The translations under genes and the position numbers were made by a program. A model generated the notes under the pieces. It worked only from the letters and a program-made list of their open reading frames with translations, was not told where the DNA came from and did no database searches. A stretch of 63,114 nucleotides of DNA, counting the filler, from Octopus bimaculoides (taxonomy: Eukaryota), in the NCBI RefSeq assembly GCF_001194135.2. It is 5 parts of 5 records of this genome, joined end to end, with 100 filler letters (N's around TTAATTAATTAA, not from the genome) between each part and the next. Parts side by side here need not be neighbours in the genome. Positions count along the whole stretch, not along the records: positions 1 to 20,644 come from NC_068994.1; 4 more parts are not named here. One strand, written 5' to 3'. Positions 1-12,976 of this stretch are shown here, one piece after another. Within the stretch, counting starts at the first letter, position 1. Every line of letters starts with the position of its first letter.

Positions 1-62
<62 letters not shown>
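1..62. repeat. (TG)n microsatellite; representative of dozens of (TG), (TA), (TC), (TATC), (TATG), (AAT), (TAG) SSRs across the window
   Basis: Others include (TA)n 4164-4232, (TC)n 7264-7345, (TAG)n 9764-9802, (TATC)n 14749-14806, (AG)n 15070-15135, (TG)n 36125-36196. Confidence 0.98.
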
Positions 63-65
<3 letters not shown>

Positions 66-544
66 ATGCACATATGTACCTATGTACCCTAACATATTTA
101 TAGACATACGCACACACACATATTTTAATTTTTCGCTTAGACATAGCGATACTAATAAACTGGTGTGAGACCTCAATATATACACACACTTTAAAATTAA
201 GCGTTAGTTGAGTACAGAGTATAAATATGAAATTAAATAAATAGTAAGGTAACAGAAATTATGTAATCACACATACATATATGTGTACATACACGCTCAC
301 ACAAACACCCATATATATATATATTTACTCATTTGTATGTATGTATGTATGTGCGTGTGTGTGTGTTTGTGTGTATGTACATGTATGTACATGTGTCTGT
401 ATATGCACGCATGTGCGTATGTATACACGTGTATATATTCACCAGGTTAAGAAAATGACCAAGACACATATGTCAAGATGGCGTCCCAACGGACCCATTA
501 GGAGTTGGCGGCCCAAGAAAGGAATACACTTACATACATTATAA

Positions 545-594
<50 letters not shown>

Positions 595-995
595 ATATAC
601 ACACTATACACACATGTTTATATATATATACACACACTTACGCGCATATTTACCTACGTACATAGGTACATAAGCATGGAGACAAGGAAGCAAGTGTTGA
701 TGAGATAATTCACATGTCAGTGTATCATCCTCTGCCACTGAACAGAGATATCACAACAGACTAAATGCCGTAACATATTGTCTTCAACACCATTATCTTA
801 TCTTCGTGGAATGTCGTTGACAGCAACTAATAAACTAGACTTTGTTAATAATAATTTTCTTTCAGGTTACGTTCATACTTTATTAATAAGCAGAACAACA
901 AAAACAGCAGCAGCAGCAGCAGCAGAAGGTTATTTAACAAAACAATTGGCTCGCTAGAAGAGGCAGTAAAATATCCCTTATATCAATCATATTCT

Positions 996-1385
996 GTGGA
1001 GGCGCAATGGCCCAGTGGTTAGGGCAGCGGACTCGCGGTCACAGGATCGCAGTTTCGATTCCCAGACCGGGCGTTGTGAGTGTTTATTGAGCGAAAACAC
1101 CTAAAGCTCCACAAGGCTCCGGCAGAAGATGGTGGCGAACCCTACTGTACTCGTCCACCACAACTTTCTCTCACTCTTACTTTCTGTTTCTGTTGTGCCT
1201 GTAATTCAAAGGGCCAGCCTTGTCACACTGTGTCACGCTGAATATCCCCGAGAACTACGTTAAGGGTACACGTGTCTGTGGAGTGCTCAGCCACTTGCAC
1301 GTTAATTTCACGAGCAGGCTGTTCCGTTGATCGGATCAACTGGAACCCTCGACGTCGTAAGCGACGGAGTGCCAACACACACACA
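996..1385 (+). mobile_element. Full-length tRNA-derived SINE with (CA)n tail and 12-bp TSD
   Basis: A box TGGCCCAGTGG, B box GTTTCGATTCC; TSD CAATCATATTCT at 984-995 and 1386-1397. Confidence 0.92.
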
Positions 1386-2411
1386 CAATCATATTCTACT
1401 GTAAAACAAACGTGCACATTAGAAAATCTAGTCCTATATATAAATAAGTCAGGTGGATCATGGATGGAATCTTTTTAATCACTGGTCAGCTCGATCACGG
1501 CTAACCTGGAGTGAGAGGAACAACTATTTGATGGAAAAGCTTCTACGTAGGTTGTTAATTGGTCAATGTAATTAATTCTTTCTCAAAAATACTCCCTTGA
1601 TGTATATAGTATATATGCTTGATTTGTAGAATATAACAGCCAAAGCATCCTCCCATACAATCTTCTCCACTGTTTGTTTGCAAAAGGAGGTTATACATTG
1701 GTTTCTACTGCTTTTACTCACGCCATCTCCTAAATGGTCGAATGGTTAAAGAATGGAACTACCAACCCTCTGACGTAATGAGTTCGATCTACGGATGTTT
1801 TACTGAGTATCTGTAATTAACTGAAGTACTCAAATTGTACGTCTGTAAATAAAGTTTTGTATGCAACCGAACGGGAGACAAACACAGAAGGTCACTGATT
1901 CTGCATCAGTTATTAACCAATTGGTAATGCTCAGTTCCGCACCATTAATAATAAGACTGGAAGTCCTCAGTTGCCATAGCTACTTTGAATAGATACAAAG
2001 TTGTGTTTCTTTATTACGGAATATTACTTGCAATAATTACTTGTCCTTAAAAAGACACAATTCTCTGTCCCTGTTTAGAGAAAGCATGTATATTCTGTCA
2101 ATAATTGTGATAGAAAGCAAAACGAGTATCAACGACCTTTCGATTGTTTGCAGTTTGTGAAATGATTGACTCTTAACGACAATGGGCGTATTCGAAAACA
2201 ATGTGTATGTGTGTGTGTGTGGTATAGAGGTGGTGATGGAGGTGATTATGTGTGTGTATACATATATATATATATATGTATATATATATATTTATATATA
2301 TGTATGCATGTATATCTGTATATATATAGATGTATATATAGAGATTTATATACATATATGTATATATATATATATGGATCAATATGTATATACATGCATA
2401 TATGTATAAAT

Positions 2412-2490
2412 AAATCCTGGGGTCGATTTCTTTGATTAAGGGTGGTGCTCCCGCATGGCAGCAGTCACATACCCGAAACAAGTAAAACAA
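2412..2490 (+). mobile_element. OR-like SINE tail fragment
   Basis: aatcctggggtcgatttctttgattaagggtggtgctcccgcatggcagcagtc after a long (TA)-rich SSR. Confidence 0.7.
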
Positions 2491-3269
2491 TAAAAAAAAA
2501 ACTATGCCATTTCAATCCTAAGCAACGCCGGGTATCTCTAGCATGTCTACAGCTCATGAGCTCAAACTAGATCAAATCAAATCTAATATATATATATATA
2601 TATATATACACAAACACACACACACACATACGCACATGCACATATGCACATATACACAGACACACACACATTCATCGACACAGACATGTGCGCGTTCATT
2701 CATGTATATGTTTTTATGTACGTATATATATATATGCATTTATTCCATTAATGTATCTGGAAAACAAACAACGACTTAACGCCATTAAATACAGATGTAA
2801 CAGTTTTAAAATGTTACATTTTCTTTTCGTTTTGTTTTTGTTTTAGTGCTTTTCGCTGGATTCAATTTTATATTGTTTGTCTGGTTAATTAGATGACAAA
2901 AGCAGTAAGAGGCACAAATCAGAACGATGTTTCACTTCAATGACGGATTACTTTCGATTTTGAATATGATACCAGAACTCATGCCTTGAAATTAGCCTTG
3001 AAGCAGACGATACAACACTGAAACAATGAAACAATGGCGGGTGTGGGTTATGAGTTTGTTGCTTCAGTGAGCTTAATGTGAATAGATGGTCATCAATAAA
3101 TAGTATACATCTATACTATAATTTATGTAACTGGTATATGCTGCGTCTATAATCTATTCACTATAAAACGGTGATGTTAAATGGCTAAGTTGTTAAGGAT
3201 GACAGACTAAATGCATTAATCTATGGTTTTCACCCGATTAAGGTTGATAAAATAAATGCTAGTATCTTA

Positions 3270-3492
3270 TATTTGTTTTAGTCATTGGATTGCGGCAAAG
3301 CTGGAGCAGCACTTTGAAGGATTTAGTCGAACAACTCGACCCCAGAGCATATTTCTTTTCAAAGCGTGGTAATTCTATCAGTTTCTTATGCCAAACCCCT
3401 AAGTTACAGGAATATTAAAAAAAGACCAACGCCGATTGTCAAGCAATGAGAGGGACAAACACAAAGAAACACACACACACACACACACACTA

Positions 3493-3576
<84 letters not shown>

Positions 3577-3716
3577 TATACACACACGACGGGTTTCCAC
3601 ACGCAAGGAATTGGTCGGCCCAGGGTTTTATAGAATGCCCTTGCCATGCAGTGAAACTGAAACCAAAACCACGTGATTGTAAAGTGTGCTTCTTAACCAC
3701 ACAACCGTACTTGCAA
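3270..3716 (-). mobile_element. Older OR-like SINE with compound internal SSR (CA)(TATC)(TC)(TA)
   Basis: Degenerate tail 3270-3465, SSR block about 3468-3575, degenerate head 3580-3716. Confidence 0.75.
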
Positions 3717-4159
3717 CTATTATACACTATTTTCGATTAAATACTACACTCTCTTTCCTAAATAATCATATATGTACTATAGGCGTCAAGTGGATAAGCG
3801 TCATAGCACTGAGATCAAATCTGGCCTAGTTGATTTCGTCAGCCATTTCTCTCGGTTCGATAGTACCAGTAATATAAAAGCTTAGTTAAATTAACTCTGT
3901 TCATTCTTTTGTAAAAGAAAGACTTGTATCTGGTTAACTGGACGCCATAGTTATAGACTTGTGTCTTAATCTTTCCAATATCGACTTTGTCCTTTGAGTA
4001 AAAGCCAGTAAAATATATCGATTCATTTAGCCCTAATTTTGTCCTTTCAAAATTTTAGTTTAGTGCCTTGAATAATAAGCCACTAAATATAAAAAGTTCA
4101 TATTGTTCGCAGGTGTCAAAATTGTGATAATATTTGGCCACATTATTATTATTATTATT

Positions 4160-4236
<77 letters not shown>

Positions 4237-4539
4237 ACTAATGTTTGACAAATCATGCAACTTCTGTAACTTTTATGTTCATTTATTAGAGCATGTATTT
4301 CATTTTAATAGACACTTCTTGGAAACAGACTAACTTTTAAAATAGATTGTCTACAGTAAATTTCATTGAACCACTATACTACTGGTACAATCGACCCGGG
4401 AGAAAAGAATAGGTGACAAAATCAGTCTGATTAATATTGCAGTGCGTTTCCGTCTGTGGGTGTTTGTGTCAAGCAGGAATCCCTACACAGAGTTGAGACA
4501 ACTTTTAAAGCGTGTTGTTGTATAGAGCAGAAGAAGAAG

Positions 4540-4680
4540 TTAGTTAGTTAGCTAGTTAGTTAGTTAGTTCTCTCTGTGTCATGAGGTACATGAGGCTGCA
4601 ATACAATCTCTTCAACCAGCCCTGTTTTCTTCCGCTGCTTGGATCTCGTCCCAGCTTCTCCACTCTTCTCGGCTCCTTTA
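4540..4680 (-). mobile_element. 3' end of an RTE-clade LINE with (CTAA)n tail
   Basis: Minus frame reads SWDEIQAAEENRAG*RDCIAASCTS, matching the RTE ORF end pattern W..ie..A.dR..WR..v.AlC, followed by (AACT)n. Confidence 0.65.
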
Positions 4681-6241
4681 CAATAGAGATGTTATTGTTT
4701 GACTTTTGACACGTAATGTCGACACCGTGTAATAGATTGCTTCGGGCTCGCATTAGGCTAGAAGTTGAAAATCTTTTTGGCCCATGACACTCCATGGACT
4801 GCAAGTAATACATGCGTAAAATTTGAATAAAGACACACAACACACAACACACAGACACATTCTCAGTTTTACACACACACACACACATATGCATACACAC
4901 AGTACGTACTTCCGTTTCGTTTTTTTTTTCTATTTCGTTTGCAATATTCTTGATGTAAATTCGTGTGTTGAAACAAATCCTGTTGTGTCTAGGGGCGGTC
5001 GTTATACCAATAGAAAGTTAAATAGCGACGAAAGGACACCGACAGAGAAAACTAACAACAGATTCATTGTTCAGTCATTCACATTTTTTGGTATTTTGTC
5101 CTGTTCTTATCTCTCGTGTGCTTACGTATTTTTCACTCGTCGGTGAGGTCCTGTACTTAATGTGTATTTTATAAATATATNNNNNNNNNNNNNNNNNNNN
5201 NNNNNNNNNNNNNNNNNNNNNNNNNNNNNNNNNNNNNNNNNNNNNNNNNNNNNNNNNNNNNNNNNNNNNNNNNNNNNNNNNNNNNNNNNNNNNNNNNNNN
5301 NNNNNNNNNNNNNNNNNNNNNNCATACACGAACATATAAACACACACACACGCGCGCGAAATATATTTAATCGAAGATTGTCAGTCCGACAAAATATAAT
5401 TTGGTAGACTAACGATTAGTTAGATTTCGCTTTGAGTTCTTTATTCAAAGCGGCCGAACATGCATACATACGTATGTAATGCGCACACAAGCGTTCACAC
5501 ATATATGTGTATATGCATGTATATATACCACCCTACACATATATCTACATAAAAATACATTTATGTATATTTGTAAGCACGTGCATATGTGTATGTGTGT
5601 GTATGTGTGTGTGGGACATGTGTGTGTGTGTGTCTATCCTTCACCGATTTACTTCGGCGGATGACGTAGATAAAATACCTTGAAAAACTCAGCACGAACG
5701 CACACACTCAAACACACAGAGAAAAGAAGAAGAATTTTAAAATGAGTGATCTTTCAGTGAATATCCGTATCGCCCGACTCCCTCGCCACTCGCCATCGCA
5801 AATGGACCAAACCAGTGATTAACTCATTAGAAATCCGCAACCAATTACGCTGCTTTTGCTAACCAACTGCAAAATTAAAAGCAAAAAGCACTGCGGTCGA
5901 TAAACGTTTTCTGTTTAAAATCGCACAAGTGAGTGGAAATACGTATTATTGAAAATAACTCGGGCAACAATGACAACAACAGCAGTGACGTCAACTGCCG
6001 TTGTAAAATCTGCAATGATTGAGACAGCTACAATAACGACACCGAGCAGGAACGAGGGATACAAAAAGCATTTATCTAAAGAGTGTTACGGTGATGACTC
6101 GTCTCGTCTGTTCGTAAAGTCAAGGGAAGTCCGTCATTGAGCAATAAGATTACGACTTTCACAGAATGTAGGAATGTTGAACAATAAACAACTACACACA
6201 CAGACGTGGAAATGACTAGATAATCACAGAGCGAGGTCGGG

Positions 6242-6339
6242 ACATACCTACACTCATACGTACATACATACATACATACGTACATGCATACATACACATA
6301 CATACATACATACATGTGTACATGCATACATACATACAT
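6242..6339. repeat. (CATA)n microsatellite at the 5' flank of the first R4-like copy
   Basis: Read directly from sequence. Confidence 0.95.
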
Positions 6340-6845
6340 TGTGGAGTTAACACCGAAGATATCACCCACATCATAAGCAGTTGTCCGAAAATGTCATCAC
6401 AGCATAATCTACCGATGAGACATGATGTTGTAGCTAGGACACTATGGAATGAAATCCGTCGGAAGGATAATCCCGAGGACAAAGAAATAAGAACCCACGG
6501 TATGGTAGAAGCCATAACTACTCATAATAAAAAGGAGTACTCGCGGAATGTCCCAGTGAAAACCCCAATAAAATGTAAGCACAACAGACCTGATATCATG
6601 ATTTGGGATATTGAGAAACTGCGTACAGTTGTGGAAATTAACTACCCAACGGGTGTTAATGCAAAGCTAAAGAACAGCGAAGAAGAAAATATCTACGCCG
6701 AACTATTGAGGAATCTACAGTTACTCTATCCAGATTACAAGTTCAGGTTTTATACCAATAATTATTGGGGCACTGGGATATGTAATACACTGCCTAAGTA
6801 TCAATCTTGAGAAATTAGACTTCTCAAAATCGGAAAGGAGAAAGC
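6340..6845 (+). mobile_element. Second, shorter copy of the same R4/Dong-like retrotransposon (endonuclease region, frameshifted)
   Basis: CGVNTEDITHIISSC...RHDVVARTL...HNRPDIMIWD...VVEIN aligns closely with the 23.4-24.5 kb copy. +1 frameshift near 6748. Similarity stops at AGAAAGC near 6845. 5' end abuts (ACAT)n. Confidence 0.88.
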
Positions 6846-7009
6846 AGAATGATCGTTAGGTATATAACAAATGAAAGATATCTGCACCACCGGATACTCC
6901 TGAACCAGTTGTTGAGTGTCCCACAAGAGGAATCGATGGTAGATGTGTCGAAACAATTGCCGTGATTAATAATAAATTCTCGCATATTCCATCTTCTGTC
7001 TTTCATTTG

Positions 7010-7049
<40 letters not shown>

Positions 7050-7051
<2 letters not shown>

Positions 7052-7261
7052 ATTTGTATGTGTCTGTGTTTGAGCCCTACCATCGCTTGACAACCGATGC
7101 TGGTGTGTTTATGTTTCCGTAACTTAGCGGTTCGGCAGGAGAGACCTATATAATAAGTACTAGGATTATAAAGAATAAGTCCTGGGATCGATTTGTTCGA
7201 TTAAAGGCAGTGCTCAGGCATGGCCGCACACAAATGAGTGAAACAAATAAGACTATAAAAG

Positions 7262-7262
<1 letters not shown>
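7050..7262 (+). mobile_element. OR-like SINE 3' half
   Basis: catcgcttgacaaccgatgctggtgtg...aataagtcctgggatcgatttgttcgattaaaggcagtgctc; begins after (TA)n. Confidence 0.85.
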
Positions 7263-7349
<87 letters not shown>

Positions 7350-7423
7350 TCTCTACGAGTGTATGTGTATGTGTGTATACATGCATAGATGCACACATAC
7401 ACACGCAAACGCTTGTATACCTA

Positions 7424-7637
7424 CGATGGGCTGCTGAAAAGTTCCTGGCTTTGTATAAAAGAAAATACAGGAGGAACAGTTAATTGATTTTATCCAACGT
7501 ATTCCCCTCTCAGATTCACACACTTATTGCAGCGGTCCTTCAGTATTTTTTAAGACTTACAAAAGAACTTAAGGTTGGGCCACCAGCCAGGCCTTACGTG
7601 ACACCATTAAAGCCAGGAAATTTTCAGTACCCTTTCG
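7424..7637. mobile_element. Mariner-type MITE with TA target duplication
   Basis: TA|CGATGGGCTGCTGAAAAGTTCCTGGCTTT ... AAAGCCAGGAAATTTTCAGTACCCTTTCG|TA; about 29-bp imperfect TIRs, no ORF. Confidence 0.85.
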
Positions 7638-7722
7638 TATGTGTGAGTGTAATATATGCGTAGATGAACATGTGCTTACGTATATTATAAAGTCTGTCTG
7701 TCTGTATGTATATATGTATGTC

Positions 7723-7753
<31 letters not shown>

Positions 7754-8010
7754 ATCTATCTATCTATAAATGTGTACTTATATATGAGTGTGTGTGTATG
7801 TGTGTTTGTGTATCATACATGCACACGTATACACGCACATATACGCACACATACGCTCATATATATGTGCGTGTGTGTGACTATGTATGTATATATATAT
7901 ATGGACATGCGGAGTGAACGATGGGAAGAGACAAACCAATGAGAAGGAGCGATACAGAACCAGAGCGGATCAGAGATGATGGGTAAGAAAGTAGAAATAG
8001 AAGTTAAGAA

Positions 8011-8063
<53 letters not shown>

Positions 8064-8880
8064 AGGGAGGGAGTGCAGAATTCTGGGAATTGGTATACAA
8101 TTTNNNNNNNNNNNNNNNNNNNNNNNNNNNNNNNNNNNNNNNNNNNNNNNNNNNNNNNNNNNNNNNNNNNNNNNNNNNNNNNNNNNNNNNNNNNNNNNNN
8201 NNNNNNNNNNNNNNNNNNNNNNNNNNNNNNNNNNNNNNNNNNNNNNNNNNNNNNNNNNNNNNNNNNNNNNNNNNNNNNNNNNNNNNNNNNNNNNNNNNNN
8301 NNNNNNNNNNNNNNNNNNNNNNNNNNNNNNNNNNNNNNNNNNNNNNNNNNNNNNNNNNNNNNNNNNNNNNNNNNNNNNNNNNNNNNNNNNNNNNNNNNNN
8401 NNNNNNNNNNNNNNNNNNNNNNNNNNNNNNNNNNNNNNNNNNNNNNNNNNNNNNNNNNNNNNNNNNNNNNNNNNNNNNNNNNNNNNNNNNNNNNNNNNNN
8501 NNNNNNNNNNNNNNNNNNNNNNNNNNNNNNNNNNNNNNNNNNNNNNNNNNNNNNNNNNNNNNNNNNNNNNNNNNNNNNNNNNNNNNNNNNNNNNNNNNNN
8601 NNNNNNNNNNNNNNNNNNNNNNNNNNNNNNNNNNNNNNNNNNNNNNNNNNNNNNNNNNNNNNNNNNNNNNNNNNNNNNNNNNNNNNNNNNNNNNNNNNNN
8701 NNNNNNNNNNNNNNNNNNNNNNNNNNNNNNNNNNNNNNNNNNNNNNNNNNNNNNNNNNNNNNNNNNNNNNNNNNNNNNNNNNNNNNNNNNNNNNNNNNNN
8801 NNNNNNNNNNNNNNNNNNNNNNNNNNNNNNNNNNNNNNNNNNNNNNNNNNNNNNNNNNNNNNNNNNNNNNNNNNNNNNNN

Positions 8881-8917
<37 letters not shown>

Positions 8918-8935
8918 ATATATGCATATGTGAAA

Positions 8936-9175
8936 GCGTGCTGTGGCTTAGTGGTTAGGCGTTGAGCTGAAGATTGTGGTTTCGATTCCTGAACTGGGCG
9001 ACGCGTTGTGTTCTTGAGCAAAACACTTCGTTACAGGTTGCTCCAGTCCACTCAGCTGACAAAAATGAGTAACCCTTGCATTGGAGAGGCGTCCCGTGCT
9101 GCGGGGAAAATATACCTCACGGAAACCGGGAAATTAGCCTTAGGAGTCTATATGACTCGGGAAAGATCTTTTGTC
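8936..9175 (+). mobile_element. tRNA/CORE-like SINE with a different 3' module
   Basis: A box TGGCTTAGTGG, B box GTTTCGATTCC, gtgttcttgagcaaaacact core, ccagtccactcagctg..aaaatgagta, then ggagaggcgtcccgt...ggaaaccggg. Confidence 0.8.
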
Positions 9176-9765
9176 TTTGTGTGTATATGTGTGTGTGTAT
9201 ATATATATATAGATCCTATAAATGTTACACATGTAAGCGTGTGCTATTGCCTGTTAGTGTGTGTGTGTGTGTGTGTGTGTGCTTACGTGTGCGTGTCTTC
9301 GTTTGTGTGATTGTGTGTGTGTCTATGTTTTCGTGCATGTGTGTACGTGTGTGTGTTTGTGTGTGCGAGGATGAAATAACCGGATATACGTTTTAGTCAG
9401 ACGTAATTCGGGTAATCCCCTCGTCATTTATGAAACAAATACAATAGGTAGTTTATTATGTCTGTATGTTTTTCAGTTCACTTACTTTCTCGTTTCGTAC
9501 ATTTGTTTGTTTGTTTATTATCATTCAATCCCCCCCTCTCTCTCTCTCCCTCTCCCTCTCCCTCTCCTCCCCTTTCTGTGTCTGTAGATCTATTATTCTC
9601 TTCGTGTTACGTTGTCTCGCTCAAGCAGCTTACAATATTTAGGTATTTCCACTCGTGCCACGCTCTACAGTGGGTCTCTGCCGCCTCTCATCTTTTGCTA
9701 CCTACCCACTTAAGCCAGTCATCCTCTCAATGCGACGCTCAGCGGTGGGGGGGGAGGGACGGTGA

Positions 9766-9802
<37 letters not shown>

Positions 9803-10465
9803 NNNNNNNNNNNNNNNNNNNNNNNNNNNNNNNNNNNNNNNNNNNNNNNNNNNNNNNNNNNNNNNNNNNNNNNNNNNNNNNNNNNNNNNNNNNNNNNNNN
9901 NNNNNNNNNNNNNNNNNNNNNNNNNNNNNNNNNNNNNNNNNNNNNNNNNNNNNNNNNNNNNNNNNNNNNNNNNNNNNNNNNNNNNNNNNNNNNNNNNNNN
10001 NNNNNNNNNNNNNNNNNNNNNNNNNNNNNNNNNNNNNNNNNNNNNNNNNNNNNNNNNNNNNNNNNNNNNNNNNNNNNNNNNNNNNNNNNNNNNNNNNNNN
10101 NNNNNNNNNNNNNNNNNNNNNNNNNNNNNNNNNNNNNNNNNNNNNNNNNNNNNNNNNNNNNNNNNNNNNNNNNNNNNNNNNNNNNNNNNNNNNNNAAATC
10201 GGAACATCCACCGATCCCATTGCCCGACCGGGAGAGGACTGAGAGGGCCTGACGACATTCTGGGTGCCAAGTATATAGAACATACCGAAAATAGCACTAC
10301 TAGACACCGCACACACCCTACGTAAAACACTTTCAATACAGTGAAAAAAAAAACACCACAACAAACCACAGCAAATACCCAAGGCACACAGAGCTGCGCT
10401 CGGTAGAGCAGTGAAAGCATGGGATAAAAATAAGACTACTGAATAATAAAATAATAATAATGATG

Positions 10466-10510
<45 letters not shown>

Positions 10511-10514
10511 GTAA

Positions 10515-10733
10515 TAATCCTTTCTACTAAAAGCACAAGGCCTGAAATTTTTGGGGAGGGGGCTAGTCAGTTACATCGACCCCAGTGTTTCACTAGTACT
10601 TAATTTATCAACCCTGAAAGGATAAAAGACGAAATCCACTTCGGCAGAATTTGAACTCAGGCCGTAAAGACGGAACGAAACGTCGCTAAGTATTTAACCC
10701 GGTGTGCAAACGATTCTGCTACCTCGCCGCCTT
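10515..10733 (-). mobile_element. Second major tRNA-SINE family (Meta-domain-like centre) with (ATT)n tail at 10441-10515
   Basis: Reverse complement: ggcggcgaggtagcagaatcg...ctgagttcaaattctgcc...tcctttcagggttgataaattaagtactagt...ggggtcgatgtaac; domain name from recollection only. Confidence 0.85.
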
Positions 10734-10755
10734 CATCTTCGAAATAATAAGGGCA

Positions 10756-10789
<34 letters not shown>

Positions 10790-10819
10790 CTAACCCAGTT
10801 TTACCAACAAGCCAACAAT

Positions 10820-11040
10820 AAGATATACATCAGCCTTACCAAAAGCAGATATTAGAATAATCAGCAATGTCGAACATCAAAAAGATAATTCTCTCAAAAC
10901 CAGGGCAGCTTCTTATCTGTCTTTTTGGTACAATTCCAAGAGGTATCACATTGTTGAAAGCGACAAATAACAAACAAAGCTGCAAATTCATACAATCTAA
11001 TAGAAAGAACTGCTGTCCATATATTTCGAAATAGCTATTA
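10820..11040 (+). mobile_element. Possible highly decayed GIY-YIG (Penelope) endonuclease fragment
   Basis: IYISLTKSRY*NN...ANSYN..RKNCCPYISK loosely resembles YIG.T...FK.RY.NH and PY....C.LC..EK; many stops. Confidence 0.3.
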
Positions 11041-12552
11041 ATGGATGTTTTGAAATTTGTAAGACCTTTTCACCCATCATTAACACAGAAATCAATATAA
11101 TTCTACACACTAGAAAGAAAAAAACGAATTATTCTGCGACAATAATATATGGATTAAGAAACACTAAGAACGAACGCTACGTTTGATATTTGTATAGAAG
11201 CTGTAGGTAAGACGATATATCCTTCACCGCTTGTATACCAAATTTCTACATATCTTCAATGTCTTTTACAAAGTCGACAGTCTTCTTCTAAGAAACATAA
11301 ATAAATAAATAAACAGCGTTCTCAGAAATTCAAGATAGAACTCTACATCCTTTTTTTACCATTGAATTCATCTTAAAAATATGAGTGGAACATAACCTCA
11401 AGATGATAAACTAACTACCTTGATGTTACGTTTAACTTACAAATTCACAATTCACAGAAAACCAGATGAGTCATTGCATTACATACATAAACTCTCCAAT
11501 CATCCTAATGATATTTCATATAACCTGATCATAGTAAATATTTCCCTTTGAGTATCCTGCTTCAGTGGATGTATTGAAAAATATAGATACGCAAAAGAAA
11601 TGGCAAACCACAAACTCACATTAAAACCAAAATAATTGTTGCTTCATAGTTACAAGGACAGAAATTTGGAGGAAAAGATATTTTACTAGTACTTAAGTTC
11701 TCGACCTCGGAAATGATGAAATGCAACATTGACATCAGCAGTAGTTGAATTCAGAACGTCAAGAGCTAGAACAAATATTGCAAGGTACTTTATCTGACAC
11801 GCTCAACACCAATTTTTTCAGTCCTCATTGAATATGAACCCACCCAAATTCCATGATTCGTCCAATACCCAAAATGTACGACCTTGTAACTGCATACACC
11901 TAACAGAATGTCTACTCAAGTATAGATGCAACTCTAAAGTTATTTACTGTGCAACATTTTTTTTATCACTAGATCGAAACTTAATATTACCTTAACTACT
12001 AATTATTTCAAAATAGATATTTGCCACAGAGACCGACTTTCCAAAACCAGCTTAAGAGTACTTGTTCATTTACATAGGGGGCCTGTAAAAATTAAGAGTA
12101 CCAGGTTTAAGAAAAATAATTTATGCAGTCAATTTTCTCGACTAAAACCCTTCAAGGCCGCATTCCAGTGACTGAAGCAAGTAAAAGTTAAAAGATAATC
12201 TCGTGGGTATAACTCAGTTGATTTTAAACTCTAAGGTGAGATCTGAAACTAATAGTTTCGATCTTCAGACTCCATCTAGATAGGCTCTCAGTTTAAATCT
12301 TAAATTTCATCATCAGTACGTCACACTTATACAATATTGAAACAATGAGCTAGCTTTTAGAACCGAACCAACCACACTGAATCATTAACAAATGAAACGT
12401 CTTTATCCTTCCTGTAGCATGAATAATTTCATACTAAATCAATCATTTATTTACAGATGATTCAGACAGCTGACACATTCTGTATGACATTCCGTAATAC
12501 CCGAAGATACACGTTCCAGTCATATTCGAATTTTAGCGTATTTCTGTAATTT

Positions 12553-12619
12553 ATCATTCATGTCTGAATTCATGTATTTATGTACAATCATTCATGTCTG
12601 AATTCATGTATTTATGCAC
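12553..12619 (+). repeat. 34-bp tandem duplication
   Basis: ATCATTCATGTCTGAATTCATGTATTTATG(T/C)AC twice. Confidence 0.9.
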
Positions 12620-12976
12620 TCCTTTATTCCTCAGATAATATCATTTTAATTTATCCTATTTTGTGTGGCATTCTATTATAGGTCATGTTATTCTATTATA
12701 GGTCGTATGTTATTTAATTATACTAATTTTTTTATCTATCTGCAATCATGTTTAATATTACAATATGTCTTCTTTCATCAGACAGTAACTTACCCTCCAC
12801 CCGCCACCAGTTTACACCTTCTTTTCTCATTTTACTTCTCCTATTGTAGATTATTCTCTCTCACATCTCAAGTTATATAAACAATGTTACAAGTGGGTTT
12901 TTATCATAATTTTGCCAATGCGCCAGATGATCCTGAACCGTCTCTTCAAACTAATTTAAATATATGCATATGTATA

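Noticed and set aside
996-1075. Possible tRNA genes here and at 8936, 12977, 31977 and 37115
   Set aside because: A/B boxes run straight into SINE bodies and no acceptor stem closes; these are SINE heads.
4556-4810. Minus-strand ORF with an acceptor-like ttacttgcag, suggesting a host exon
   Set aside because: Another frame matches an RTE ORF end followed by a (CTAA)n tail, so a LINE remnant explains it better.
5640-5935. GC-richer island with CRE/CCAAT-like motifs and CAA|GTGAGT donor, suggesting a first exon
   Set aside because: Motifs are short enough to occur by chance and no downstream coding exons were identifiable.
12236-12275. Minus-strand CUGAAGA-UC-GAAA-CUAUUAG-UU hammerhead-like string
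   Set aside because: No room for stem II and no stem I pairing; explained by a short local palindrome.
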